Part shown: positions 12,694-24,306 of the stretch, one piece after another
Numbering within the stretch: the stretch's first letter is position 1
Layout of the letters: each line of letters starts with the position of its first letter
Assembly (NCBI GenBank): GCA_002269645.1
Contig: NIVC01003368.1
Coordinates: 37,451-101,450 of the forward strand
Length of the DNA stretch: 64,000 nucleotides
From: Macrostomum lignano
Lineage: Eukaryota
Direction: 5' to 3'
Made by a program: the position numbers and the translations under genes
Notes under the pieces: generated by a model
The model's input: only the letters and a program-made list of their open reading frames with translations
What the model was told of the DNA's origin: nothing
Database searches by the model: none

Positions 12694-15600
12694 TCAGTAG
12701 GTGAAAATGGACGTCAAAGTGGCACTATGAGGCCGTGCAGCATCAAGGGTTTCTGTACGCGTCCCAAAACTTCTTTCCGCAACGATTTCCTTCTTCTCGG
12801 CTGCAGGTCGAACCTGAATCACGGAGCCTGACTGTCCTCGATCGCTAGCTGTTGCCAGGGAGGAGGCCTTCTGACTGACTGTGTCACGGTCAGCTGCATC
12901 GACTTTGCGCTTTGAAACAACAAGGAATACCATTGAGCCGAGCAGCTCAATAACCTCCATGACAGTGAGGACCGATGCTCCCATCCATAGACCTGAAAAA
13001 ATTACAAAAACTGGAGCTTAAATCGTGCGTCAGCTTTTGCTACAGAAGTTCAGATTGGTAAACGATCAACCCTGTCGAGATTTTACGGCTACATATGTTT
13101 TGCTTGCGGAAAATTTTCTACCATGTGTATCTTCTACCAGCTAGCTACAAAAGCGATGGCAGCAGGACCGATTTCATGAGCAACTGGTAACTTAGCAGTT
13201 TCGAGCTAGCAACAGAGGTCCCTGTGACTGTTTTGCTGCTGCTAAAAGGTGGCTACAACGAGCTGGCCCAAACGGGGTCTATCTTACTAAAATCGCTCTA
13301 TTTATAGATAAAGATATTTAAGAGAAATGTGCCTTGTCGCAACAAATGCACATTTAGTGGATCCCTGTGGTGTAGAGTCTCAGAGACCCAAAGGAACCTT
13401 ACCGAGCGTCCCGCCTCCTTCCGACAGGAAGCTCTCTGTGGGATATTGCCAGTCCTCTTCAAACACGACCATGGTTGACGAGGCAAAGAAGACGCTCAAC
13501 TGTACAACATGCTTCTCGGGGCTAATTCCGGGCAGAAGGGAGCCGGTACTCGTGTTCAACAGCGCCGGCAGGTACGACGGCTTGGCTGAAGTTGCCTGCC
13601 ATCGACTTGCTAGAAGGCGTTCGATATCTCTCGACCAAGTAGAGCCAGTAGGTAGCAGACCTAGCGAAGCGTGAGTCACGATGCTGTCCTCCCGGCAGGC
13701 CTTCTGACAGCTGTTGACGTGCTCGCCGTACACGCTTAGATCTTCGTAGCTTCGCAGGATGGCATTCTGACAGTTGCGATGGATAAAAACTTCGCTCAGA
13801 TTGCCGATGGTGATATTGTTGGAGCTTCCGGTGCGGTTCCAGTCCAGCCGCATGCAGCGCGGAGCGGACATCAGGTTCGGCGGCACTGGCAGCAGGTCGG
13901 AGACGCAGCCGCAGAGCTTGTAGACGCTCTGACTTAACGACATGTCGACGCAGTTCACGATATCAAAGTCGAACTCGGTCGGGGAGGCGATTTGATTAAC
14001 GACCTATCGGGTTGGTTGTGCGAGATAGGTATAAGTAGCTTGTGCCTGCTTAAGACATGGGGATCGGTTTCAGGTTGAATTTTGATATAAAGCCAGTACA
14101 ACCGCAGTATTAAGAAGTCTATTCAGAAGTGATATTATACCAGATGTCTCATATAATATTTTGGCCCCAAATACTTCGTAATACTCGTACTCCTGACCTA
14201 CACTTAATGTAACTGTGCATCCAAGCCTTTTTCAAAAAAGCAGAACTGAGCGTCCAAAAAATGGCACATGAGCGTCCTTTCAAAGATGGTCTTTGAGGTA
14301 GGCCAAGTCTTATTTAAAGACGGCTCATTTATTTCCAGTACCCTCGTAAAAACGGAATTAGAAGTCGAAGCAATTATGAGAAGCCATCAGCCTGCGCTGC
14401 ATAAACAATCAGTTAGGCTTTGGTGCCTGCCTGCCTGAGGGTTTTTTGGTCTAAAAAAGCTTTGTAAACGTGAGCAGCAGGTAAACGAGGCTGTAGGAAG
14501 GAGAAGGCAGCGTGCACTGTTTGGAGTCGTTGGCAACAATCGATCTGCTCAGTAAAATGAAAGCTGGTTACTTTACACACTATAGGGAAGAATACATCTC
14601 CAGTTAGTTCGTATTAGTTGCTTATGTAGCAATGTTAAATGAAATGGCTGCAGCCAAAACAGGCGCCAATATGTGGTGCCTTGGTGGGCGCACCTACTTG
14701 TCTCTTGGTGAGTGCCCCTGTCTCTTGGTGAGTGCCCCTGTCTCTTGGTGGGCGCCCCTGTTTCTTGATAGGCACCCCCTGTCTTTTGGTAGGCACCCTT
14801 GTCTCTTGGTGGGCGCCCCTGTCTCTTCGTAGGCACCCCTCCCTGTATGTTGGAGGGCGCCCCTGACTCTTGTTGGGCGCCCCTGTCTTTTGGTAGGCAC
14901 CCCTGTCTTTTGGTAGGCACCCCTGTCTTTTGGTAGGCACCCCTGTCTTTTGGTAGGCACCCCTGTATTTTGGTAGGCACCCCTGTCTTTTGGTAGGCAC
15001 CCCTGTCTTTTGGTAGGCACCCCTGTCTCTTGTCGGGCGCCCCCTGTCTCTTGGTGGGCGCATAAACCCGAAATATCACAACTCCAAAAGTGCTAACAAC
15101 ACCCAATGCTATTTTGGTTTCCGAAGTTATGGTATTTCCAGTTTGTAATAATTCGGTATTATGATGGGGAAGTGCTTTCTGAGTTGTGATAAAACGGCAT
15201 TATGCATCGCGTGTCTTAAAAAACGAAAAGAGAAGCTGAGGTCTTTAGCAGTGACTCTTGTTGGGATTTAAGATGGGATTTAAGATTACAGAATAAAAAT
15301 GCTGTAAAGAGTCAAGGCTAGCATTGCTCGCATTGAAAGAACATGTAACCTTGGGATCGAATCTTCATGCCACAGCAATATGTAAAACGTCTATACATGT
15401 ACCTTATTAAAAACATACCAGATGCCGATTGCTACACGGATCTTTTGGACTAGTCAGGCGGTTGGTACGCTGGAGCAGCAGCGATATATCCGTTCGAAAT
15501 CCAACTGCTGCAGCCACGGGAGCGGCACGGAAAAAGTTAATGAACTTGTCGTAGGCGCTGACTAGAATGACGTAACCGCGACTGTAACGCAGCGTCTGAG

Positions 15601-17449
15601 TTAGGTAAGCTTCCTGGCTGCCTTCATAGGCGAGTGTCATTGTCAGTCCGCTATCGTAGCCACCGTAAATCATTCGCGATGTCGGTTTGAATAAGTAGCA
15701 AAATCCATACCTAAAGAATCAGTGACAGTTTTTTGAAAATTTTCATTTATTAAAGATATATGGACATCAAGCTAACTTGAAATACGATGCTGAACTCAGG
15801 CGCGTTGCCACCGGGGGGACAGGGGGGACATGTCCCCCACCAGTAAAAGCTATGGGGGTATGTTAATGCTTTGTCCCCCCACCCCACCTTGTGACCCGTT
15901 GTGGTAATCAATAAGTTTTTTCCGGGCGCCAAAATGAGTACTTGCGGCGCTAAAAAGAGTGCCTGCGGTGCTAAAATGAGTGCATGCGGCGCTAAAATGA
16001 GTGCCTGCGGTGCTAAAATGAGTGCATGCGGCGCTAAAATGAGTGCATGCGGCGCTAAAATGAGTGCCTGCGGCGCTAAAAAGAGTGCCTGTGGTGCTAA
16101 AATGAGTGCCTATAGTTCTAAAAAGAGTGCCTGCGGCGCTAAAATGAGTGCATGCGGCGCTCAACTGAGTGCCTGTGGTGCTAAAATGAGTGCCTGCGAC
16201 CGCTAAAATGAGTGCCTGCGGCGCTAAAATGAGTGCCTGTGGTGCTAAAATGAGTGCCTGTGGTGCTAAAATAAGTGCCTATAGTTCTAAAAAGAGTGCC
16301 TGCGGCGCTAAAATGAGTGCATGCGGCGCTAAAATGAGTGCCTGTGGCACTAAAATGAGTGCATGCGGCGCTCAACTGAGTGCCTGTGGTGCTAAAATGA
16401 GTGCCTGTGGCGCTAAAAAGAGTCCATGCGGCGCTAAAATGAGTGCCTGCGGCGCTAAAAAGAGTGCATGCGGCGCTAAAATGAGTGCCTGCGGCGCTAA
16501 AAAGAGTGCATGCGGCGCTAAAATGAGTGCCTGCGGCGCTAAAAAGAGTGCATGCGGCGCTAAAATGAGTGCCTGCGGCGCTAAAATGAGTACCTGTGGC
16601 GCTAAAATGAGCGCTGACAACACCAATTCTCAAAATAATGGACATGTAGGAATTTAGTCATGTACATGTACATGTTGAATTCTTGGCATTGCCCCCCCCC
16701 CCACCACCATAAAATCCATGGCGGCGCCCCTGGCTGAACTGCTTCGACTTTGACACAAACAGCAGCTCAAAATCTTAAAAGCAGCTACCGACGTCGATGA
16801 CAGATATGTACTTTTAAGTGTACTTCGACGTTCAGCCGACGTCGGACTGCATTAGTGTTAAACAATGTACAGGCTAAAAATCAACGTACCTATCAGACAG
16901 GATTTTGGTAAAGTTAACCGCGCTGCAGTTACCGTGATTGAAGCTGCACGAAAGCAGAAATGACTCCAATGGTGCTGTGACATTGTCCAGCTCGGGCAGC
17001 TTGCCTTCTGCGTAAGTGTCTAACAGCATCTTGTCCACATCTGCCTCGCGTTCCGCCTCTTGGCCTGGTGCATAAAACACGGCAGAATCGTTAAATAGTC
17101 GATCGTGCAGTTTCCGAACAATTTCCGCAGCACCCGACTGTGACAGGAGGTAGTCGGACCAGTAATGTGTGGGGCACAGCACCACCTTGGGATAGGGCAT
17201 CGGCTGCAGGCGGTGATGCGTCAGAACGCGCTTGTCGTAGGCAAAAAACTGCGAAGCCAACAGGTAGATGTGGAATCCGAGACCAGCCAGGGCGCCTAAA
17301 AGGCAAAACAGCCACAAAAAGGAAGCAGCAGAGCTTCCACTACCGCTAGGCTGCAGCAGCTTCTTATAGCCGTGTCCGCTGGTGTTGGCAGCGAACTCCG
17401 CTGCTCGCAGTCGAACTTTTGCAGTCTTAGAGACCGTCCCACTAGCCAT
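12694..17449 (-). CDS. DEG/ENaC (amiloride-sensitive) cation channel, FaNaC-like TM2, 4 exons, 583 aa
   Basis: Exons: 17449-16890 (MASG..FAANTSGHG HG motif, TM1, YPKVVLC), 15710-15419 (YGFCYLF..GYDSGLTMTL), 14003-13403 (Cys-rich thumb ..EEDWQYPTESFLSEGGGTL), 12992-12694 (GLWMGASVLTVMEVIEL, GAS filter). All introns GT-AG; total 1752 nt in frame. Confidence 0.92.
14690..15060. repeat. 20-bp minisatellite (GCACCCCTGTCTTTTGGTAG)n in DEG/ENaC intron 2
   Basis: Visible tandem unit; related array at 53865-54140. Confidence 0.9.
15797..16732. mobile_element. hAT-type MITE with the same 21-bp internal minisatellite, perfect 8-bp TSD GCTGAACT, in DEG/ENaC intron 1
   Basis: Left CAGGCGCGTTGCCA, right (rc) CAGGGGCGCCGCCA; TSD at 15789-15796 and 16733-16740. 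Confidence 0.92.
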
Positions 17450-19469
17450 TTTTATATTGCGAGGAAGCAAATAATTGCCTTGTACTGTATCTATTCTCGA
17501 CAATCTGACTTGTCTCGTTTTTACGGTAAATTACCAGAGCGATTGCATTGATTCTTTATTGACTGACATATTCAAGTTCTTAGTCTGTTAAAAGGATTTG
17601 AGACAAAGGAAGGAGGCAAAGTATTTGCCTATCCCGCAAGAGAGAAATATAGAGAGGGAATGAGGCTGAGAGTTGGCTAGCCGATGATGTGACTGGTTGA
17701 GAAGCTGTGAGGGAGAAAAAATACGTAGCCCCTTATGCCCTTGTCGAGCCAGTTGGAACCAATCTGGACCTGCTTGCTTCAGCTCAGATCCCGCTTCCGA
17801 TAGGCTCTCCAAACACTCTCGACAGAAAAAACTACCAGCCACAGTAGCTCCCAACTATTGAATTAGTCACCATGGCCACAGTTGTAAACAATGGGAATTA
17901 TTACTATAGTACTCTGAAAAATTGGGGCTTTCGTAGATCCAATGCATTTTTCCTCAGCCACTCACACTCCTCTGTAACAGCTAATCACAATAAGAGTGCA
18001 ATCAAAGTTGTACTTATTGTAATTATATACGTTTCCGAGTGTATTTAATCTGTGCCCTATAACCTTCTAGTTTTAATCTAAATAAGGTTAACACGTGTGT
18101 ATGCTAGATGTCGCTATGGATTGGCAACATCCAATGAGAATTATCAACTGGTATTTTAACATCTAAATATATTATCAATGCTTTTGTTCTAGGTCCTGCT
18201 TTCAGCTCAAACTCGTTTGAAGTTCTTCTTTCGAGTGCTACCTTGCCACAGTTTATACAGTTGCTAGTACGAGTAGTTGTACCAATAGACAAAAAACAAA
18301 TACTTGTAACTGCTGCAAAAAGAGACATTTTTTCTTACAAAAATTTAAGCTTTCTAGCAAAATTTATGAAGTCTTTTGTTATGTATATTATGTTACAGGA
18401 ATATTAATAAATCAAAAAAGCAACTGCAGTCTGTTCTCTTCTGTCCTTACCAAACAGATTCAGTGGATAATCTTTGTGAGTTGAAGCGATTAGACAAAAT
18501 AGTAAAACAATCAATCAAAATAAAACACAGGCAAAGCGGCATGGCATGTCTTTACAGTAAATCAATGTGGATGGATTGTGTAAACCGATCACGACAGGTA
18601 CTGCCCTCATTTGGTGTATAAATAATGCTATAAATATGACGGAACAATGGACAGAACAGGGCTTGAACTATTTTTATTTATATTCTGCTTTTTAAAGCTT
18701 TAACTTGAAAAATCAAAAGTAGAAAAATTTTAGAATTCATAACAACACCGATTTATAGGCGAGCGGTATAGCTAGCCGAAACTGAACTCAGCTGCGGCGA
18801 TGCAGTGAGAAAAATCAAAGAACACCCAGCTATTAAGCAATTAAAGCACATAGGGTATGTAAGTGTGAAAGTGACAAAATCATACAAATACTGAGCGACA
18901 TAAAGGTGGCTATACTGTAGTCTTTTATTAAACTGTTGCAGACCCACTGCAACACTGATTGATATTTAGAAAAAATAATTCAACAAGCAGTCAATGAAAA
19001 TGCAATGGATTTTTATTAACTGAAATTTACAAACTTCTATTTGAAGACATTAAATTCGCATCGAAATGCGCGGGATTTTTGAAACTTAGCCCTAATAAAA
19101 TTTGTTAATTTCTTGCCGCATTAAAATCGATAAAAATTGACCAATAAAAATCTATTTTACAAATTCACAAGCAAAGTTAGGCTTTCAAATGAATTTTTGA
19201 ATGAATGAAAGTTAGGCCTCCTAAAATTTTTCTAGAACGAGATTTTCGATCCTTCTAGTTGTGGAGTCCTTGGTAAAATTGTCGAGATTGAAATGGTACA
19301 GTTAGTCAATGATGTCGATGCTCGGCTTTTGCCTTTTGGGTGCGCAGCGTCTCTCCATTGACTGGCTTCTAATAATTCACTCCTTTATTTTATCTACACG
19401 CATTGTGTACAATTTTAATGCATATAAACACAAAAACGCTAAGGATACTACTTACAGTGGAATCCACTA

Positions 19470-20974
19470 CTACTGCTGTCGATAATTAGTCACAGCATTG
19501 CCAGCACGATCGACAGCGCCCAGCATCAACTTGGCAGCTTCATCGTTGGCAATATCCGGCGCTGACGCAATGACCCAGCTGTCAGCCGAGACCAAACTGC
19601 GACAGATTGGGCAGGTGGCATCTGACTGGCGACCGGCGATTGGCAGGTTGCCAATTGTCTCGCGTCTAGGCGGGCCAACGTCAATCCAGTGCTGGATGCA
19701 GCTTTGACAATAGGCGTGAGCGCACTGCAGAAGCACGTCAGCCTGCCTGTCCATGCAAATGCAGCACTCTTCAATGTCTGCGGCTGGAGAAATGCAACGA
19801 TATTGATAGCCAGACAGAATTAGAAAGTTCTCCAACTTGCACTTGTCATGACGACACATCAAATTGGAATTTTGGCATGATGACTTTGGACCCCGGACGC
19901 CAAATTGGCACCCGGTTGTTTCCGAGCAGGAGGAAACTTAAATGAATTTCTACTATATTTTTGTTTATACATGTCCTCCACAACAAACAAATAAATGTGT
20001 TTAACGCCTCGCTTTAGCATTAGGTAATTTCACTTTCTACACTGTAAAATAACGAAGAAAGCAATCATGTGTCACAACTCCCAGCAGCTTTTTGACTCTA
20101 TGAAACGGCCAGACGCGATCCCCACAGTAATTTTAGAACTCGTCCGCCAAATTAGTCCAAGGCCGGACATGCAATGAGGACCAACCTCCTAGGTCATGGG
20201 TTGGCAAACTAGAAGAGACGAGAGGAGAGGAGAGAGGAAGAGCGCTGAGAAGAGATAAAAAGTATAAAAATTGAGCGGGCCAAATTGTTATTGTGAAGTT
20301 TCAAAGGATCCGAGGGCAGGATAAAGAGGCTAAGCAACCCCTGTCCGAGACGCAGTTCCTCACTTGCTGTGATTATGTGCTGTCTGCTGCCTTGATTTGC
20401 AGGAGAGGCAAAACCCAAAAGCAACCCTTGCGAATTATGAACTTATTAACTTTCCGACATGAGTCGCGAAAGGCGGAATTAAAATTTCCATCTCACCTTT
20501 AGCACTTGGTTTCAAAGCTGCGGCGTCAGCAGAAGCAGCAGCAGAAGAAGCAGCAGACTCAATGGCATCATCTGGTAACAGTCCAAGCACAACAGATGCA
20601 GTAAACTGGGATTCAGACTCAGGGCCAGTCCTGACGCCTGCACAGGCTGCACTGCCGCCAACAACAGATAACTGACTTAACGATCGCAGGTCTTTACGAA
20701 GCGACATCAGTTGACGAAGGCTCAGTAGCCTCATCGACAAGGTTCGACCAGTAGATGCTTCAACTTTTCGACACTCAATCCGGACGAGCGCCTTCCACAG
20801 CAGACTCAGATGATGTGGCGGCATCTGCTGGACAGTGAATTTTAACCGAGTTGGTTGCGATGCCAATTCGCGCTCACAGAGATTATTCAACTGAGCTACC
20901 TGAGCAGCCAGGCGTTCCTGTGTCAGACTGCCCATCTCAAATAGTGTGTTGAATTCATTTTGCAGTCGATGCAT
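19470..20974 (-). CDS. RNF141: RING finger protein 141 (C3HC4), 5'-incomplete
   Basis: Exon ~20975-20497 (GSLT..QVAQLN..LLWKALVRIEC.KV..RLLSLRQ) and exon 19783-19470 (EECCICMDRQADVLLQCAHAYCQSCI..CPICR..DSWVIASAP), joined by a phase-1 GT-AG intron. The N-terminal MG exon of typical RNF141 was not located. Confidence 0.88.
20195..20343. mobile_element. Charlie/hAT-like MITE with AG-rich core (RNF141 intron)
   Basis: CATGGGTTGGCAAACT...TAAGCAACCCCTG; body aligns with 53073-53269; TSD degenerate. Fragments at ~2670-2710 and ~22660. Confidence 0.75.
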
Positions 20975-22739
20975 ACTTTTACAAAAAAACTTGCTTTAAG
21001 CAGCAGTTGCTGGTGCAAGAATGAAATAGAACAGAAAAGGTGTTTGTAATGAATCAAAAGCAAAAGGTACTTCACACTTCAACATATTGGCTTTTTGCTA
21101 AAATTAAAAAAAAAGTTTTGTATGTTAAGTCAATAATTAAAAGATAATTATATTTTACTTTTTATTTAAAATATGTTCTATTTTATGTTTAAGCATCCAA
21201 CTAGGCACTTAAATAAATCTATTATATTCTTTTACTTTAAAAATTATTTTTTTTTATTTCTATTTTTTATTTATTTATTAGCTTTAGCTAATAAATTTAG
21301 AATTTAGCTTTTTAAGAGAAGAGTTTAAAAGTAGATTTCATAGAATTGTATATTTAAAGGGCTAGACAAAAATGCATATTCTAATATTATAAGTGAAAGT
21401 TATTCACTATAATTGCTTAATAAAGGTACTATTATTGCTTTTAAGGTCTTTCTAAGAAAGCAAACAAAATGTACACTTAAATTTTAATAGCTATTGTTGA
21501 ATATTTATATCTAGATTAAGCTATGCAAAAGGTGTAAGACCAAGATGGCCACACACCAAGATGGCCACAGCTGGGATGGGGGTCACGGAAAATGACAACT
21601 AGTTTTCTATTGGATATCTTTGGGTGGAGAGATGTGGGGTTGCAATGGGGGGGTTTAGAAAGGCAGTCAAAATTTTATTAGTATATTGCAGGGTTAGAGA
21701 CAAAATGGTTACAAGTCTTAATTTCCTACTTATAGTAGGCCCCTAAGAGTTGTAAACATATTTAGTATTAAACAAATCTCTTCTTCATATAAAATCAAGT
21801 GTGGCTTTTTCAGTGTCTTGTATTGGTCGAGACTAATTTACTTGTTTAAAGGGATAAAAACTGGGTAAATTTCATGCCCTGTTAAAAATTCAGCTGTTTC
21901 ATTCACTGACAGCAGTCTAAGCACTTGATACAAAATGGCAGGCGCATATCCATGTGTGGTCTGTCTGCAGCCAGTTTGCAATGGACAAAAACAAGAAATC
22001 AAACTGAAATGTGCTAATTTTAACAGTCCCAGACTTCTATTGTTCCTACAAAATTTTAAACAGCGGGGCAGGACCTCCTGCAAAGCAGACCCATAGAATT
22101 TTTGAACATAATGGAAAGTGTACGTAAATAAGCAAAAAGCGGTATCTAACAGGGCAACACAAGCAAACTTTCAATATGCTAATCGGGAGGGGATTAAGCA
22201 ATCACAGGCTGACTACCATTCTGCCACTCAGCGAGGGTCGAATGGGAGACTAACTCCTAATAAATAAACTTTCTTAGACCTATCTATAATGGCATGAGTG
22301 CTAGCTAGAAAGGTGCTAACCAGAAGTGACACTGCCATCAAATTGCCAACAATTTCTATCTTGGGAGCTAAGGGTACAAGCTGGAGCAAGATGGCACCGT
22401 TGCTATCCACACCCTAAAGATCAATGTAGATGTAAGAATAAAGAATGTACAGTGGCCAGTGGGCAGTAAGGGTTTCCACATTGCTTGTACTCCCTTCCTC
22501 ATGAGCCTTATTCCTTTCTTCTTTCTTTGCCCCTGTCACTGCTTGGTTGTATAGGTGCTGTCAACCTCAATCGGGTATGTGGACATACAATAGTTCACAT
22601 TGTTCTCAACCCCATTCCACTACAGTTTTTATCTAATGTGACTAAGCCAGGTGCTTTTAGTGCAGGGTTTGGCAAACTTTTTACTTTGATTGAGAACCTA
22701 GCTCATGACTTCCCTTCTAGATCCACTTTGTTGGCCCCT

Positions 22740-23560
22740 AAGCGAAGCACACCACTGCCCATGTTCAACCCGCTGACAAAACAGCAGTCAATGCAATGGG
22801 GCCCCAAGGGACGTCATCCACACATGAAGGCAATGAAATCGGCATGGACACAGAACATCATGTGCACTGTGGTTCGATGCAGGAGGTGTGCTGCTTGTTG
22901 ACTATCTGCCGCAGGGTCAGATGATCAATGCCAACTACATCATGAACTAGCTTAATCTTCTGCGCACTGCCGTTCTGTCCAAGCATCGCATCATGCATCA
23001 GAGGCTTTTTATTCTCTGGGACAATGCGCATCTGCATGCTTCCGCTCGCACTTGTGCCAAGGTGGAAGAGCTTGGCTTCCGTCGGCTGAACCACCTGGCT
23101 TACAGTCCCGACCTTGCCATTGCTGATTTCCACCTGTTTGGTCTGATGAAGATGCCAATGCGTGGCAAGGTCTTCACGACTCGGCAGGAAGTCATCAATG
23201 CCACCAATGCATCATTGCAACAGTTCGATGCCAAGTTCTGGGAGATAGGCTTTGAAAAGCTGATCAAACGATACCGGAAGTGCATTGCCTTGGATAGAGA
23301 ATATGTGGAACGCGCAAGTCCCAAGCCGGTTGATTCCTCAGAAGAGAACAGCGAGAGTGAGAGCGATTGATGGTGCAGAAGCAATTGATTTTGCTCGAGA
23401 CACTGATGCTACAGTTGTTTGTTTTGTTTGTTTTGCTGATTCTGTAGTTGCTGTTCAGTTTGTTCAGTTAGAGGTTTATCCATAAAATAAAAAAATTAGG
23501 GATCCTAGTTTATTAATATCCCGTGGCAAACTCCGGAAACTTTTGCTAGTCACCTCTGCA
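22740..23560 (+). pseudogene. Decayed mariner (DD34D) transposase C-terminal half plus probable 3' TIR
   Basis: PLTKQQSMQW..IMCTV / WFDAGGVLLVDYLPQGQMINANY..*..ILWDNAHLH..HLAYSPDLAIADFHLF. There are exactly 34 residues between the last two Asp, a frameshift at ~22870, an in-frame TAG at 22948-22950, and a TIR-like AAACTTTTGCTAGTCACCTC at ~23537-23556. Confidence 0.9.
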
Positions 23561-24035
23561 TGAGGAGGATTTTTTCATCTTTTCATTTTCGTCGCTAGTT
23601 TGGTGAGAAATTGTAAATGCTAGTTGAGAAAATAAAACTCATTATGGCTCTAGCGCCCACTGTGGTTCATGGACATGCTTGAAATTTTAACACAACATTC
23701 ATCCTGGGCTAATGTTTCAATGAGTCAAATGTCACTCAGCTCCGATAAAAAGTGCCATGTTAGGAACACCAGTCTGGAAACTTTTGCAGCACCCTGAGTA
23801 CGAGCATAGGATAAAAGAAAGGCAAAGGAATAAAGGAGAAGAGAGTTGAGAGGAGAGATTAAATACGAGCGGAGAGAGAGGAGAAGGGAGATTAATGGAA
23901 AGGAGAAAGGAGGGAAGGGAGAAGAGAATGAAGAGGAAAAGGGAGATGAGAGGAAAGAGGTGAGGAGAGATGAGAGGATAGAGGTGAGGAGAGAAAAGAG
24001 GAGAGAGGTGAGGAGAGGATAGAAGAGAGGGCCCT

Positions 24036-24306
24036 ATTGCAGCGCATGGCTTAAGTACGCCAGACGCCTACACAACCTGCGCCACGCTGTGAAATGACTT
24101 ACCTGTGAAAGAAACCCTAAAGCAAAATTAACGCAGTTTTGGGTAAACGGCAGGAGTAACTATGACTGTCTTATCAAGCTTAAAAGCCTCGGCATCTAAT
24201 TAGTTCCGCGCCGCGCCGTACTAATCGCTGCGCACCGTATGCGCCGCGCCGCGCCGTATTAGATCCGCGCCGGACGCCGTCCGCCAAAATGCCCATGCGC
24301 TGCAAT
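24036..24306. mobile_element. Small inverted-repeat element (Harbinger/Tourist-like MITE) containing a 28S rRNA fragment
   Basis: Perfect 14-bp inverted repeat ATTGCAGCGCATGG (24036-24049 / 24293-24306); internal GCGCC repeats; no TSD found. Confidence 0.65.
24141..24204 (+). pseudogene. Degenerate 28S rRNA fragment (helix 69-71 region)
   Basis: GGGTAAACGGCAGGAGTAACTATGACTGTCTTA-[12 nt]-GCCTCGGCATCTAATTAGT versus the eukaryotic LSU consensus GGGTAAACGGCGGGAGTAACTATGACTCTCTTA-AGGTAGCCAAAT-GCCTCGTCATCTAATTAGT. Confidence 0.85.

Noticed and set aside
11606-12704. Overlapping 333-350-aa ORFs on both strands (SACGAKM/FGAAGTH, antifreeze-like look)
   Set aside because: Internal 21-bp array of a TSD-flanked MITE.
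24141-24204. Functional or contaminant rRNA gene
   Set aside because: Only ~64 nt, substitutions break H69 pairing, and it is embedded in host-type repeats.
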